A stretch of DNA of 59,495 bases, filler included. It is 5 parts of 5 records of this genome, joined end to end, with 100 filler letters (N's around TTAATTAATTAA, not from the genome) between each part and the next. Parts side by side here need not be neighbours in the genome. Positions count along the whole stretch, not along the records: positions 1 to 19,298 come from SRR20825006_936; positions 19,399 to 35,700 come from SRR20825006_937; 3 more parts are not named here. The stretch is one strand, 5' to 3'. The notes below the pieces were generated by a model. The model had not been told where the DNA came from, did no database searches, and saw nothing but the letters and a program-made list of their open reading frames with translations. Below, piece after piece: positions 10,356 through 19,567 of this stretch. Each line of letters begins with the position of its first letter. Positions within the stretch are counted from its first letter, which is position 1. The position numbers were made by a program, and so were the translations under genes.

Positions 10356-10886
10356 CTAAAGTTCCAACTGCACCAGCTTCGCGAACAACACTCGTAACAG
10401 CTCACGTTTGCGATCCGAATTCCCGGTCATCCGATCTCGAATTTCGGCCATGCTCATCCACTCATAGCCAGCAACCTCCGCGGGGTTGCATGTGATCAGC
10501 GTGTCTTCGGCGACCTTACTCAGCGACCCATAGTAAGCCTTGCCTTGCATCGATCGGATCGAAAACTCGACATCGCGACTACCTTGTCGCTCCGGGATCG
10601 CTTTGCGTCCCAACCAAACCGAACGCCGGAAATGCATTTGGTTTCGACTGACACCAAGTTCAACGTTCAAACATTGGGACGTCGCTTCTTCGACCGATGC
10701 GTTCGGCGGGATGCCTTCTTGCGGTGGCATCCAAGCTCCGCGACCTGCTGCCGGCTGAACAAATAGAAACGCATCTCGTTCGAGCGACTGGATCAAACAA
10801 ATCACCACCGGCCGGTAACCCAGCAATCGCTCGCGAGTCGGACGGTCATACGCCAGCTTCCCGGCCACCTTGATCCAATCCAACAT
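10356..10886 (-). CDS. Nudix-fold (RppH-like) protein with a degenerate Nudix box
   Basis: AWMPPQEGIPPNASVEEATSQCLNVELGV resembles the RppH WQFPQGG...RELFEEVGL box; EVAGYEW downstream. Confidence 0.7.
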   Translation of the reverse strand: MLDWIKVAGKLAYDRPTRERLLGYRPVVICLIQSLERDAFLFVQPAAGRGAWMPPQEGIPPNASVEEATSQCLNVELGVSRNQMHFRRSVWLGRKAIPERQGSRDVEFSIRSMQGKAYYGSLSKVAEDTLITCNPAEVAGYEWMSMAEIRDRMTGNSDRKRELLRVLFAKLVQLEL

Positions 10887-10889
10887 CGG

Positions 10890-11819
10890 TCACTCCTTTC
10901 CAACCCAATGAAACTTCTGCGCTGACAACGCGAGTTCGCCATCCCATCGGTACGCTACCAACTTACCGTTCTTGGCGACGCTGTAATCGGTGCAGGCCAC
11001 ATTGGCCGCCAACGGAACAGGCATGCCCGTCAACCAATAATGGCCCACCAAAACCGGTGGAGCATCAAGCGAGTAACCAACCAGTCGTTCAGCAGCAGCA
11101 GGATCGATTGCCAGATCGGGTACGTCGTCTGACCCAAAATGATAGCCGCGGTAGGTCCGTCCCGCTGGCTGCTCATACCACTTCACCCGAACCGTGTCTC
11201 GCACATGTCCGGACTTGTCCACGATTTCATACCCACTGGGCAACCTCAATTCCGGTCCCTTGAGCACATCTTCGACGGCCGCGTGCAATTCACTGCACGG
11301 TCTCGTGGCCTCCGCCAAAAATTCAGGCGTGAAAGGACCGAATGTATCCAACGACCGATTGATTTCGCCGATCCCATCCTCCATCCAAGCCGCATGAACC
11401 ACGCGGACGCCGTTGAGCTCCAACGCCACCGGTAGAGTTCGAAACCAAGCGATCGCATCGGTCAATTCTCGCGTCGACAACTGATCCAAAGTGGCTTGGT
11501 GCTGGTTGCGATTCTTATCAGAGTGCTCGCGATACCATTGCTTTGTGGTCCCTGGCACGATCGCATGAAAAGCAATCGCATTGAACTCGTGGTTGCCCAT
11601 CACCACGAGAGCGTCACCAGCATCGACCATCGAACGAACGATCTGGATCAAATCCGCGATCGCTGGTCCACGATCGATTAAGTCTCCAACGAATAGCACC
11701 ATCCGATCCGCGTGTCGAAAACCGTGGCCGTGTCGCTGGTACCCCAATTCCAACAACAACCGAACCAACTCCTCCGCATGCCCATGAATATCGCCAATGA
11801 TGTCGTAGTGCTGAGGCAA
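10890..11819 (-). CDS. Calcineurin-like metallophosphoesterase (ApaH/PrpE-like)
   Basis: IGDIHG, VGDLIDRGP, MGNHE, VVHA, VGHYW, DYSVAK motifs. Confidence 0.9.
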   Translation of the reverse strand: MPQHYDIIGDIHGHAEELVRLLLELGYQRHGHGFRHADRMVLFVGDLIDRGPAIADLIQIVRSMVDAGDALVVMGNHEFNAIAFHAIVPGTTKQWYREHSDKNRNQHQATLDQLSTRELTDAIAWFRTLPVALELNGVRVVHAAWMEDGIGEINRSLDTFGPFTPEFLAEATRPCSELHAAVEDVLKGPELRLPSGYEIVDKSGHVRDTVRVKWYEQPAGRTYRGYHFGSDDVPDLAIDPAAAERLVGYSLDAPPVLVGHYWLTGMPVPLAANVACTDYSVAKNGKLVAYRWDGELALSAQKFHWVGKE

Positions 11820-12185
11820 AATCCGTCATCCTGATTGCTGGGTGGCCCGGTTCCATTCCGGAGCCATCATAGCAATCAATGATGGCTTGCTGGGCGAGCA
11901 AGATCATCAAACACCTCGTCAATCCCTAACACCGCGCGGTACCGCTGAAACCAAAACCTGTCAGGGTTTGTGCCTTGATGCGGGAGGGCATCCGCCTGTT
12001 CAGACTCGTCGCACGTCCAATCCCATGATTGCGAACATCATTCGTTCAGAACGCGTATCACATCGCTCGATCATCAACGCTTTCGGGTCGATATGGAGAG
12101 CCGGCCGAGTGGAAGGCCAGAGCGAAAGCTTGCTGGAACCTCACTCCAAAAGAACGGCGGAGCCATGGGGCAACTTCGTCACCGC

Positions 12186-12914
12186 TCAGTGTTTTTGCGA
12201 TGACGTCTCAAATGCCGCCATCAGGACGTTGGCTCGGCTATCCAGTTCGGGATCCTGCTTTGCTTGACGCAGGTGTTCTCGTGCGGAGTCGACGTTTCCG
12301 GCATCGATGTCCAGCAATGCGAGATTGTGGTGCGCCGCTGTCTTTCCAACCGCGAGTTCCCACTGCTGGAACGACTTGGCATGGTCGCCATTTCGGTAGT
12401 GGACCATCGAGAGCGTTGATCTCAGACGTGTGTCCTCCGGAAATTTCTGAACGCCAATGGTTGCTTCCGCGATCGCTTGTTCGAAACGTCCCGCTTCCAT
12501 CAATGTCCAGGCATAGTTGTTGATCAACTCAGCGTCGTCAGGCGTCCGCTGAACGCAAAGCTTGTATCGTTCGATGGCGGAATCATGGTCACCAACTTCC
12601 GCATACAAAGGCGCGAGATCGGCATCTAGCGTTGTGGCGGTTGGATTCAGTTCTTCGGCTCGTTCAAAAAGCTTGATGGCTTCTTCGGCGTGTCCCTTGC
12701 CAGCGACCGTCTTTGCGGTTTCGATGCAAAGAGCACGTTCGCTGGGCATCGGCTGACTCGCCGCCCTGGTACCTGTTGATTCAGTCGATGCGAATGGCTT
12801 CAAAAAATCAGACTGGTGATCTTTTTCGATGCTGTTGCAACCAATGGCCAGCGGCAACAACGTCAAAAGCAGGATCCGATTTCGTCGACGTGCGATGCGG
12901 CAAAGGTTCATCAA
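12186..12914 (-). CDS. TPR lipoprotein (TadD/pilotin-like)
   Basis: LAIGC lipobox, TPR helices (NNYAWTLMEAG, HHNLALL); lies downstream of the secretin. Confidence 0.75.
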   Translation of the reverse strand: MMNLCRIARRRNRILLLTLLPLAIGCNSIEKDHQSDFLKPFASTESTGTRAASQPMPSERALCIETAKTVAGKGHAEEAIKLFERAEELNPTATTLDADLAPLYAEVGDHDSAIERYKLCVQRTPDDAELINNYAWTLMEAGRFEQAIAEATIGVQKFPEDTRLRSTLSMVHYRNGDHAKSFQQWELAVGKTAAHHNLALLDIDAGNVDSAREHLRQAKQDPELDSRANVLMAAFETSSQKH

Positions 12915-13489
12915 AAGATTCCCCCAACCTGGCTGCCAAAGGATTGACCGCCCAAGCCCGAGGGTTGTGAAATTGGTGCCCCCGTTCCAGAGGACGAGTT
13001 GCGGATGGCTCCGAATCCGCTGGCGACGCGTTCCGCCTGAGGACCTCGCAAACCCAGCGCGGCGGGCGTGGCAACTTCGACGACCGGTGAAGTGATTCCG
13101 AATGATGCCAGTTGGCCGACGACCGCGTTGACTCTCGCGGCGTCCAATTCATCATTGCCAGATGGCTCGATCAACGACGGCTGAGTGACGGCCAACCCGC
13201 CGTTTGCATTGCGAGCCATTCGCTCGGTCGCTCCCGGTGAAAGCTTCGCACTCATGCCGATGAAGTCAGCGTTGTACAGCACCGTTTGATCGGCAACCGC
13301 ACCGGTGACTTGGGCCGTTTGCCAGTTGCAAACCTTGGAACCAGCAGGCTCTGGGATTGCCCCGGCGGGAATGTCCGCGCATCGATCGACGCCCAAGATT
13401 CCGCCTCGAGAAGTGCAACCGACGGTCGTCGCCAAAGCGAACGCCAAACTTGTCGCGGCGAGCCCGATCATCTTTGGTTTATTGAGCAT
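12911..13489 (-). CDS. Lipoprotein associated with the Tad secretin (possibly CpaD-like)
   Basis: TVGC lipobox; overlaps both neighbouring genes. Confidence 0.65.
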   Translation of the reverse strand: MLNKPKMIGLAATSLAFALATTVGCTSRGGILGVDRCADIPAGAIPEPAGSKVCNWQTAQVTGAVADQTVLYNADFIGMSAKLSPGATERMARNANGGLAVTQPSLIEPSGNDELDAARVNAVVGQLASFGITSPVVEVATPAALGLRGPQAERVASGFGAIRNSSSGTGAPISQPSGLGGQSFGSQVGGIF

Positions 13490-15629
13490 GACTGCCTCGC
13501 TGAATCATTTGGCGTAGCGACGAACCTTCCAAGACAGCACCTTGCTCGGCTGGCACCGCAACCGGGAGTGGTTCAGTGGAACCGTTCTCGATGGTGGTCA
13601 TCGGTGGGTAACTCACCGGTTGGTTTTGAGATCGAATGGCCGTGTGTGGTACGGGTGATGGTCGAGGACAACAGCGATCCGTCGGACCAACCTCGCCAAT
13701 CATGAAGAGCTCTGGACAGCAATGCTCTGCACGTTTCTGTCTTGCGTAATCTGTCCGAACAGAAGATCGATGGTCTTTGGACCGTCGACTCTCCAAACGA
13801 TTCGCGATGAAGAACTCAATGTCACTAGGCTCGTACACGTCGCTGCCCGGCAGAGCGGGAGTTTCGCAAGCATCAACCGGGGCGACCAAGTGAGGCGTGA
13901 CGAGAATGACAAGTTCCTGTTCACCGCTGCTGCTGCGATTGACGCCACCGGTTGCTCCGATGATGGGCAAGTCACCCCAGAACGGCGTCCGATCCGAACT
14001 GGCCCCATAGTTCGTCTGCAGCAAACCGGCGACCGCAATCGTTTGGCCACTTCGAAGCTGCACCGTTGTGGAAAAGTTGCGACTGTTTAGGCCCGAGACC
14101 TGAGTCCCCCCGCCTCCGCCGCCGATGCTTGTTCCCAACGATTCATCGCGAGTACTGACTTCGGCGTTCATTTGCAATCGGATCACGTCGCGATCTTGGA
14201 TGAACGGAGTGAACTGCAATTGCACACCAAAGGGAACAAACGAGACGCCTTGCAGGTTGTTGCCAACGCCACCGCTGCTGATGATCGGAATGGGGAACTG
14301 ACCGCCGGCTTGGAAATCGGCGGGCTGGCCGTTCATCGCGACCAAGTTGGGCTCGGCCAATGTTCGCGAAAGATTCAATCGTCGGAGTGCTTCGATGGCC
14401 AAGCGGACTTGCCCCATGTCCAACGACGCGAGAATGTTGGCGCCGGATTGGTTTTGAGTGCTGGCGAGATTGCCGGTCAATGACTGAAAGACCGTCAAGC
14501 CGTTATCGTTATCGACACCAAAATTCAGCCCGATGCTGCGAGCGGCACTTCGGTTGACTTCCGCAACGGTGACTTTCAACATGACCTGTTGCTCGCCAAC
14601 GATCTTCATCTGATTGATGATCCCGGCTTGCGACAATGCGATCGGGTCCAGGTTGCGACGTCGCTCCGCGGCAGCCTCTTCGCTGGTGAGTGGATCCACT
14701 GCGCCGACGAAGTCATAAGCCGCCGCAACGGTGACCGGGTTGGCAGGTCGAGTCAGACCCGCCCGAACTCCACGTGCACCGGTCAAGATTTGCAAGATTT
14801 GTGACATCTCGATCGCATCCGGTGCTTGCCCGCGAACGATCAAGCGATCGGCGATTTCGTCGAGTTCAATAAAGCTGTTTGGAAACTTCTCATTCAGTTC
14901 CGTTTCCAGGTCACCAACGGGCTTGGCAAGAATCGGATCCTCATAAACCCGCACCAAGTAGCTGACGACACTTTGACCGCTGGGCGCACCGCTGTCTTTG
15001 AACCACAGCATCAACGTTGTCGTTCCCGGCTGAACGCCAGTGACCGCCAGTTCGCGTCCGCTTTCTTGATCGATGATTTCCGTGCGAATGGTGTCCTCAT
15101 CGGGGACATAAATTCGCGTTGGCGTATCGGCAAGGCGTAGAATTTTTGGACGACCGAGGACCAGCGAAAGTGGTATCTCGGGGTCGATCTCGGATTCAAC
15201 AAAGCGACTCGCTCGTTGCTTGGCAGCGTCACTGGGCGGCGGCAGGATCAACTCCGCGGGCAACCCCGATTGAATGCGTGAAGGGCCGACATCCGGAATC
15301 GGTTGCCATGGGATCGCACGATCATCGCTTGAGAATTCCAAGTCAGAACGGAGCGGCCGATCCTCACCGATTTGCAGATTGGTTTCTGGCAAACGGACCG
15401 GACCGCGTTCTTGTGCGAACGCTGGCATTGCGATCCACCCCATGAGCAGCGTCGCCAAAACGCGACGCAGCGGAGATCTCAGCGGCATTGCCGACTTAGG
15501 GGTCATGAAACGTCTTCCGTGAATGGACTGCAAAAAGACCTGCGCAAAGCGTCGCCGTAATCGACGCAGCACCAGCAGGACGGGTCCGACCACAGGACAA
15601 TCCTTCCAATCGGCACAATCGGAAGACAA
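13479..15629 (-). CDS. cpaC: Flp/Tad pilus secretin CpaC/RcpA
   Basis: QQVMLKVTVAEVNRS, LAEPNLVAMNGQPADFQAGGQFP, FGVQLQFTP, ELVILVTP. The start may be near 15506. Confidence 0.88.
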   Translation of the reverse strand: MSSDCADWKDCPVVGPVLLVLRRLRRRFAQVFLQSIHGRRFMTPKSAMPLRSPLRRVLATLLMGWIAMPAFAQERGPVRLPETNLQIGEDRPLRSDLEFSSDDRAIPWQPIPDVGPSRIQSGLPAELILPPPSDAAKQRASRFVESEIDPEIPLSLVLGRPKILRLADTPTRIYVPDEDTIRTEIIDQESGRELAVTGVQPGTTTLMLWFKDSGAPSGQSVVSYLVRVYEDPILAKPVGDLETELNEKFPNSFIELDEIADRLIVRGQAPDAIEMSQILQILTGARGVRAGLTRPANPVTVAAAYDFVGAVDPLTSEEAAAERRRNLDPIALSQAGIINQMKIVGEQQVMLKVTVAEVNRSAARSIGLNFGVDNDNGLTVFQSLTGNLASTQNQSGANILASLDMGQVRLAIEALRRLNLSRTLAEPNLVAMNGQPADFQAGGQFPIPIISSGGVGNNLQGVSFVPFGVQLQFTPFIQDRDVIRLQMNAEVSTRDESLGTSIGGGGGGTQVSGLNSRNFSTTVQLRSGQTIAVAGLLQTNYGASSDRTPFWGDLPIIGATGGVNRSSSGEQELVILVTPHLVAPVDACETPALPGSDVYEPSDIEFFIANRLESRRSKDHRSSVRTDYARQKRAEHCCPELFMIGEVGPTDRCCPRPSPVPHTAIRSQNQPVSYPPMTTIENGSTEPLPVAVPAEQGAVLEGSSLRQMIQRGSHAQ

Positions 15630-15861
15630 CTTGAGCCGCGTTCACATCGTTGGCGGTGTCGCGTCGATCACGCTGGCGATTGTCGCTGGTTATTCACAGC
15701 CATGAATTTCGCCAAGAACACGCGTGGTGCTCTTGATCCTGGTACCTCATAAAGCTTCGCCCGGAACGTCTAACACTGCCGTGCTCGCAGGGTCTATTCA
15801 CCCTCCTGAACGCAGAGGCTGTGCAGTTTTTAAGTGCTGTATTGCCAGGCGTTTATCATCA

Positions 15862-16045
15862 CCCTCCCATTGAGAAGGTCGAGCGAAGCGAGGGGAGGGC
15901 TCTGCATTGGATCCAGCGCGTCATCAACAACCCCACGGTCATCTTTACGCCGAAGGCGTTTTAAGAAGGTAGCCGGAGGTCGAGCGTAGCGAATACCGCC
16001 GGAATCTTACGCGACGTTCGCATCGACCCCAACGAGAGTCGCAGA
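15862..16045. repeat. Cluster of REP-like palindromic repeats
   Basis: CCCTCCC..GGGAGGG and CCGG..CCGG hairpins sharing the core GGTCGAGCG(A/T)AGCGA (15877 and 15978). Confidence 0.6.
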
Positions 16046-16071
16046 TCGGACGCGCGGGATGCGGCCCCAAC

Positions 16072-16503
16072 TTATTGGCAGTCATTGCAATGGCCGCGAA
16101 GCAGAATTTCGGTCACTTCGCCAACCTTGCCGCTCTCTCGCTGGCTGCCCGCGGTCAATTTCACGTCGTTCAGGCAAGACACGGTGCCGCAATCGACGCA
16201 CAGGAAGTGCGGGTGGGCCGATTGGTCGTGCTCCCCCTCCGCGATCGCTTCGAATCGCCAAACGTGATCCCCCAACTCGGTCCGACGGAGCAAACCGGAG
16301 TCCGTCATGTCGTTCAAGTTGCGAAACGCAGTCGCTTTGTCCACGCCGCTGGCGGCCAGTTGCTCAGCGACATCCGCGTGGGTCAGAGGTGCCTTCGCCT
16401 CCCGAAGCATGACGAGTGTGGCGATTCTCGCAGGAGTTGCTCGCAACCCCGCATCACGAATGGCCTGCTTGATAGCTTCGATTGACTCAGACGACTTGCT
16501 CAC
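16072..16503 (-). CDS. Fur-family metalloregulator (Zur-like)
   Basis: GLRATPAR, ATAFRNL, HPHFLCVDCG and C-terminal CNDC. Confidence 0.92.
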   Translation of the reverse strand: MSKSSESIEAIKQAIRDAGLRATPARIATLVMLREAKAPLTHADVAEQLAASGVDKATAFRNLNDMTDSGLLRRTELGDHVWRFEAIAEGEHDQSAHPHFLCVDCGTVSCLNDVKLTAGSQRESGKVGEVTEILLRGHCNDCQ

Positions 16504-16566
16504 AGAGGTGACCTAAAAAAAATGAACCTGACCAGGATTCGACAACGATCCTCCAGCATATCAATC

Positions 16567-16581
16567 TGCAATTCTTTTGCA
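16567..16581. promoter_or_regulatory. Putative Fur-family operator, box 1
   Basis: TGCAATTCTTTTGCA; overlaps the -35 of a minus-strand TTGCAA-16-TATGCT promoter for the fur-like gene. Confidence 0.65.
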
Positions 16582-16697
16582 AATCCACAAAATCGACAGG
16601 CACGACCGTGCGGGCGTGGCTGTCCCCGGAATAGCTACTTCCCCGAGCTTCCCAGTGACCCATTGCTCGTTTCCATAAACATCATTGCAGTTGTTTA

Positions 16698-16762
16698 TGC
16701 ACAAGCGTTGCATTTTCGATTGACAAGTGATCGACCGCATCCTTTAATGCACATACCTTGCA
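16698..16762 (+). promoter_or_regulatory. sigma70 promoter of the merC-like gene, flanked by operator boxes 2 and 3
   Basis: TTGACA (16720-16725), 17-nt spacer, TTTAAT (16743-16748). Boxes are TGCACAAGCGTTGCA (16698-16712) and TGCACATACCTTGCA (16748-16762). Confidence 0.7.
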
Positions 16763-16867
16763 TCTGCATGCACGATACCTAGACATGTTCCCGAAAGCCA
16801 ATTGCGTGTCTTTTCCTTTACCAGTACTGGGAAAAGAAGCCCCAACGACCATGATGGAGCCTGATCA

Positions 16868-17512
16868 ATGAGCGATGTCCCCTATCAACCCGCCAGTGCT
16901 CTGCCGCTCAGCAGTCCCGAGCCCACGAGAATTTCCACTTGGCGCGACTGGGTTGGGATCGTTGCATCGATCGGATGTGCGATTCATTGTGCGGCAATGC
17001 CGTTTGTGATCGCATTCTTGCCAGCGTTGGGACTCAGCTTCCTGGCTGACGAATCCTTTCATCAGTGGATGGCCCTGGCTTGCTTGTTGATCGCGATCGC
17101 GGCTTTCGTGCCTGGCTTCCGAAAGCATCGCCGGATGACACCGATCGCAGTCGCCAGCGTGGGACTGGTCCTGATCACCAGCGCCGCATTTGGCTTGGCC
17201 GGCGACTGCTGTGCTGCCTGTGAGACATCCACCATCGCGGCAACCGATGCCGCCGTTTGCACCGACGCATGCTGTGAACATTGCACCGCCGCGGCTGGTG
17301 CAGATGCCGGTTCCGATGGGGCAGAATCCACCCTGAGCAGTTTGGCTGCTAGTGGGAGCACGCCGGAGCAATCTGGGTTGCAAGCCTTGGTCGCTCCCTT
17401 CGCACTCTGGATCACACCGATCGGCGGACTCCTCCTGGTTTGCGCTCACTTGCTGAATCGACGATACGGATGCCTCTGCGGTTGCTGCGAACCGGCAATG
17501 CAAGCTGCCTGA
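16868..17512 (+). CDS. MerC-family membrane protein with a Cys-rich insertion
   Basis: DWVGIVASIGCAIHC, ESFHQ, GFRKHR, AHLLNRR MerC-domain motifs. Confidence 0.85.
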   Translation: MSDVPYQPASALPLSSPEPTRISTWRDWVGIVASIGCAIHCAAMPFVIAFLPALGLSFLADESFHQWMALACLLIAIAAFVPGFRKHRRMTPIAVASVGLVLITSAAFGLAGDCCAACETSTIAATDAAVCTDACCEHCTAAAGADAGSDGAESTLSSLAASGSTPEQSGLQALVAPFALWITPIGGLLLVCAHLLNRRYGCLCGCCEPAMQAA

Positions 17513-17544
17513 CCCGGTGAGCATCACGACGCGACCTCCAATCG

Positions 17545-18558
17545 CTACTTGCACTTCAGTAGCAGCTGTTCCACTTCGTCCCAGCCCGAGGTCGCTCTGT
17601 CAGTGATGACTTCCAATCGGCTGTCGCGACGATACGCCGTGGTGCTGAATGAGGTCTCATTCTTGCTGCGATTGATCACCCACCAATCATCCTGGCACCG
17701 AAACACGCCTTTGAGCCGCACGACCGGCTGCAGATAGCCAAGTAGGTCCAGCAACTGATCCCGATCAAAAACTTCATCGACGGAAAAGATCCACCCGCAC
17801 GCCCACTGCCCGTCGCCCTCGTTTTCAATCCGTTTGGGCTTTCCCAACATCGGCGAGGCCTCAACCGAAGTCAGCCCGCCCGCATCCACATGCCCGGCCG
17901 CATAGGAATGATTGTGCGAATGAGCCTCGCCAAACTTGGGTGGGCGGACAACCGTGTTTTGGATATCGAGCCACGCGGGATCGATTCGCCCATGGTCCGT
18001 TTCAACAATCAGCATCTTGGGCGGGTCGAATGATTCAATCCATTCACGGCATTGCTGCGTCAACTCGGGGTCTCGCTTGTCGGTGAAGTTGATCGCGACG
18101 ACATCGGCCATTTGAACCTGGTCATGAAAGACCTCGGAATCCCGCCACTGCGGTTTGCTCCAATCTTCAGGATCAACCAAACAAATTGTTGCCCGAAGAT
18201 CGATCGCTCGACGAAAGTTCTCGTCCCTCAACTTGTCGATCAAGGCCGCTGGATGCCCCGCGCCGCTGGGTTCCAAGAACAACCGGTCTGGTTTGCTGCG
18301 ACGAATGAATTGACTGAAGACTGCATCAAAAGCAAACGCGACGGTGCAGCACAAGCAACCGCCACCGAGTTCCTGCACGCTAACCTCCGGTGACTCCGAG
18401 TCGATCAGCATCTCGTCCACAGTCACCATGCCGTATTCGTTGACAAAGATCGACCATCGCTCACCGTCAGGTCGATGCGTGAGCAAACGATTGATCGCGG
18501 TCGTCTTCCCTGACCCAAGGAACCCGGTGATCAAATTGGTTGGTATTGGCATCGTCAA
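17545..18558 (-). CDS. COG0523/CobW-family G3E GTPase metallochaperone
   Basis: GFLGSGKT, VNEYG, GGCLCC (CxCC), EPSG, HSHNH His patch, RLKGVF. Confidence 0.92.
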   Translation of the reverse strand: MTMPIPTNLITGFLGSGKTTAINRLLTHRPDGERWSIFVNEYGMVTVDEMLIDSESPEVSVQELGGGCLCCTVAFAFDAVFSQFIRRSKPDRLFLEPSGAGHPAALIDKLRDENFRRAIDLRATICLVDPEDWSKPQWRDSEVFHDQVQMADVVAINFTDKRDPELTQQCREWIESFDPPKMLIVETDHGRIDPAWLDIQNTVVRPPKFGEAHSHNHSYAAGHVDAGGLTSVEASPMLGKPKRIENEGDGQWACGWIFSVDEVFDRDQLLDLLGYLQPVVRLKGVFRCQDDWWVINRSKNETSFSTTAYRRDSRLEVITDRATSGWDEVEQLLLKCK

Positions 18559-18639
18559 AATCGAACAGGGCTAACTTGCAGTCTGCGGATTGGCATCCGT
18601 TCTCGAGAGTTTAACAGATTTTCGAGAACACTTTCCACA

Positions 18640-18654
18640 TGCATACGTATTGCA
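18640..18654. promoter_or_regulatory. Putative Fur-family operator, box 4
   Basis: TGCATACGTATTGCA between divergent genes; overlaps the -35 of TTGCAG-16-TACACT. Confidence 0.65.
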
Positions 18655-18729
18655 GGTGCGTCGTGTTGTCATACACTAAATCGCGTCGTATCGGCTGCTA
18701 TCGCTTCTTCTCCTTCGAAGGGTTCTTCC

Positions 18730-19206
18730 ATGTTGCTCAAGTTCCGAACACTCTGCTTGATCGTTGCGTTATCCAGTGGTGGGGCCTTCGCGGTCGCCGA
18801 CCAACCCTCTCTGCAACAGCCCACGGATATTCGCGGCAGCAACGTTGCGAACCGAAGTGCCGAATCGACGACTGAGTCGTCACACCAAAGTGGTCCGATT
18901 CTTGTCGTTGCCCACAAGCGATTGCTCGACCAGATATCGACGTGGACCGACGCTCCTGCGGTGTGTCTTTTTGATCGAGAAGACCTACCCGCCAACGACA
19001 ACCGGCGGACGGTCCCAGCTCTACCCATCGCTCGATTGCTCAACGCGAAGTGCTACCTCTACTGCCCAAGTGAGGAACTGCCAATCGAAGCCATCTATCG
19101 AGAGCGTCTGGCAAACCATGGCGTGAAGGTCGTTCCCGTCGCATCACCGTCCCCGCGTCGCAATCAAGAATTGCAGAAGAGTTCGCTGCTGGCCAAGTTG
19201 CAGTGA
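18730..19206 (+). CDS. Secreted hypothetical protein, possibly a ZnuA/TroA-like half domain
   Basis: Signal peptide (AFAVA); GAAGGG-like RBS; lies in the metal locus. Confidence 0.6.
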   Translation: MLLKFRTLCLIVALSSGGAFAVADQPSLQQPTDIRGSNVANRSAESTTESSHQSGPILVVAHKRLLDQISTWTDAPAVCLFDREDLPANDNRRTVPALPIARLLNAKCYLYCPSEELPIEAIYRERLANHGVKVVPVASPSPRRNQELQKSSLLAKLQ

Positions 19207-19298
19207 GCAAGCCAACGCACGAGCAGAAAACACAAATTGGCCGAGCAGCCTTTTGATTCAGTCGTATACGAATGACAACAATTAGCCGATGGGCGTTA

Positions 19299-19398
19299 NN
19301 NNNNNNNNNNNNNNNNNNNNNNNNNNNNNNNNNNNNNNNNNNTTAATTAATTAANNNNNNNNNNNNNNNNNNNNNNNNNNNNNNNNNNNNNNNNNNNN
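19299..19398. other. Artificial contig linker
   Basis: 44 N + TTAATTAATTAA + 44 N, with an abrupt GC shift across it. Confidence 0.99.
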
Positions 19399-19567
19399 GA
19401 GGTATCTTCAGGATGACGGTGAGCGTTGATGGATTTATTAAAACTGTCAGCGAATTACCTAACATCTACAGGGATGACCGAGACTTTAAGAACTATCAAA
19501 TCTGTCAAGGAATTATCTACACCAACAATACCTGACGAAGCTAGGTGAGTGGAATAAACATCTATTT

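Noticed and set aside
16865-17554. 229-aa antisense ORF and the many other shadow ORFs in the GC-rich contig
   Set aside because: They lie opposite or within well-supported genes, have no motifs, and are expected at high GC.
19299-19398. Recurring TTAATTAATTAA in N-runs, and sharp GC shifts that look like HGT islands
   Set aside because: Identical artificial linkers at four sites; the segments are separate contigs, so no cross-linker gene context is valid.
19440-19540. Imperfect direct repeat CTGTCA..GAATTA.CTA x2
   Set aside because: Only two degenerate copies at a contig edge; not interpretable.
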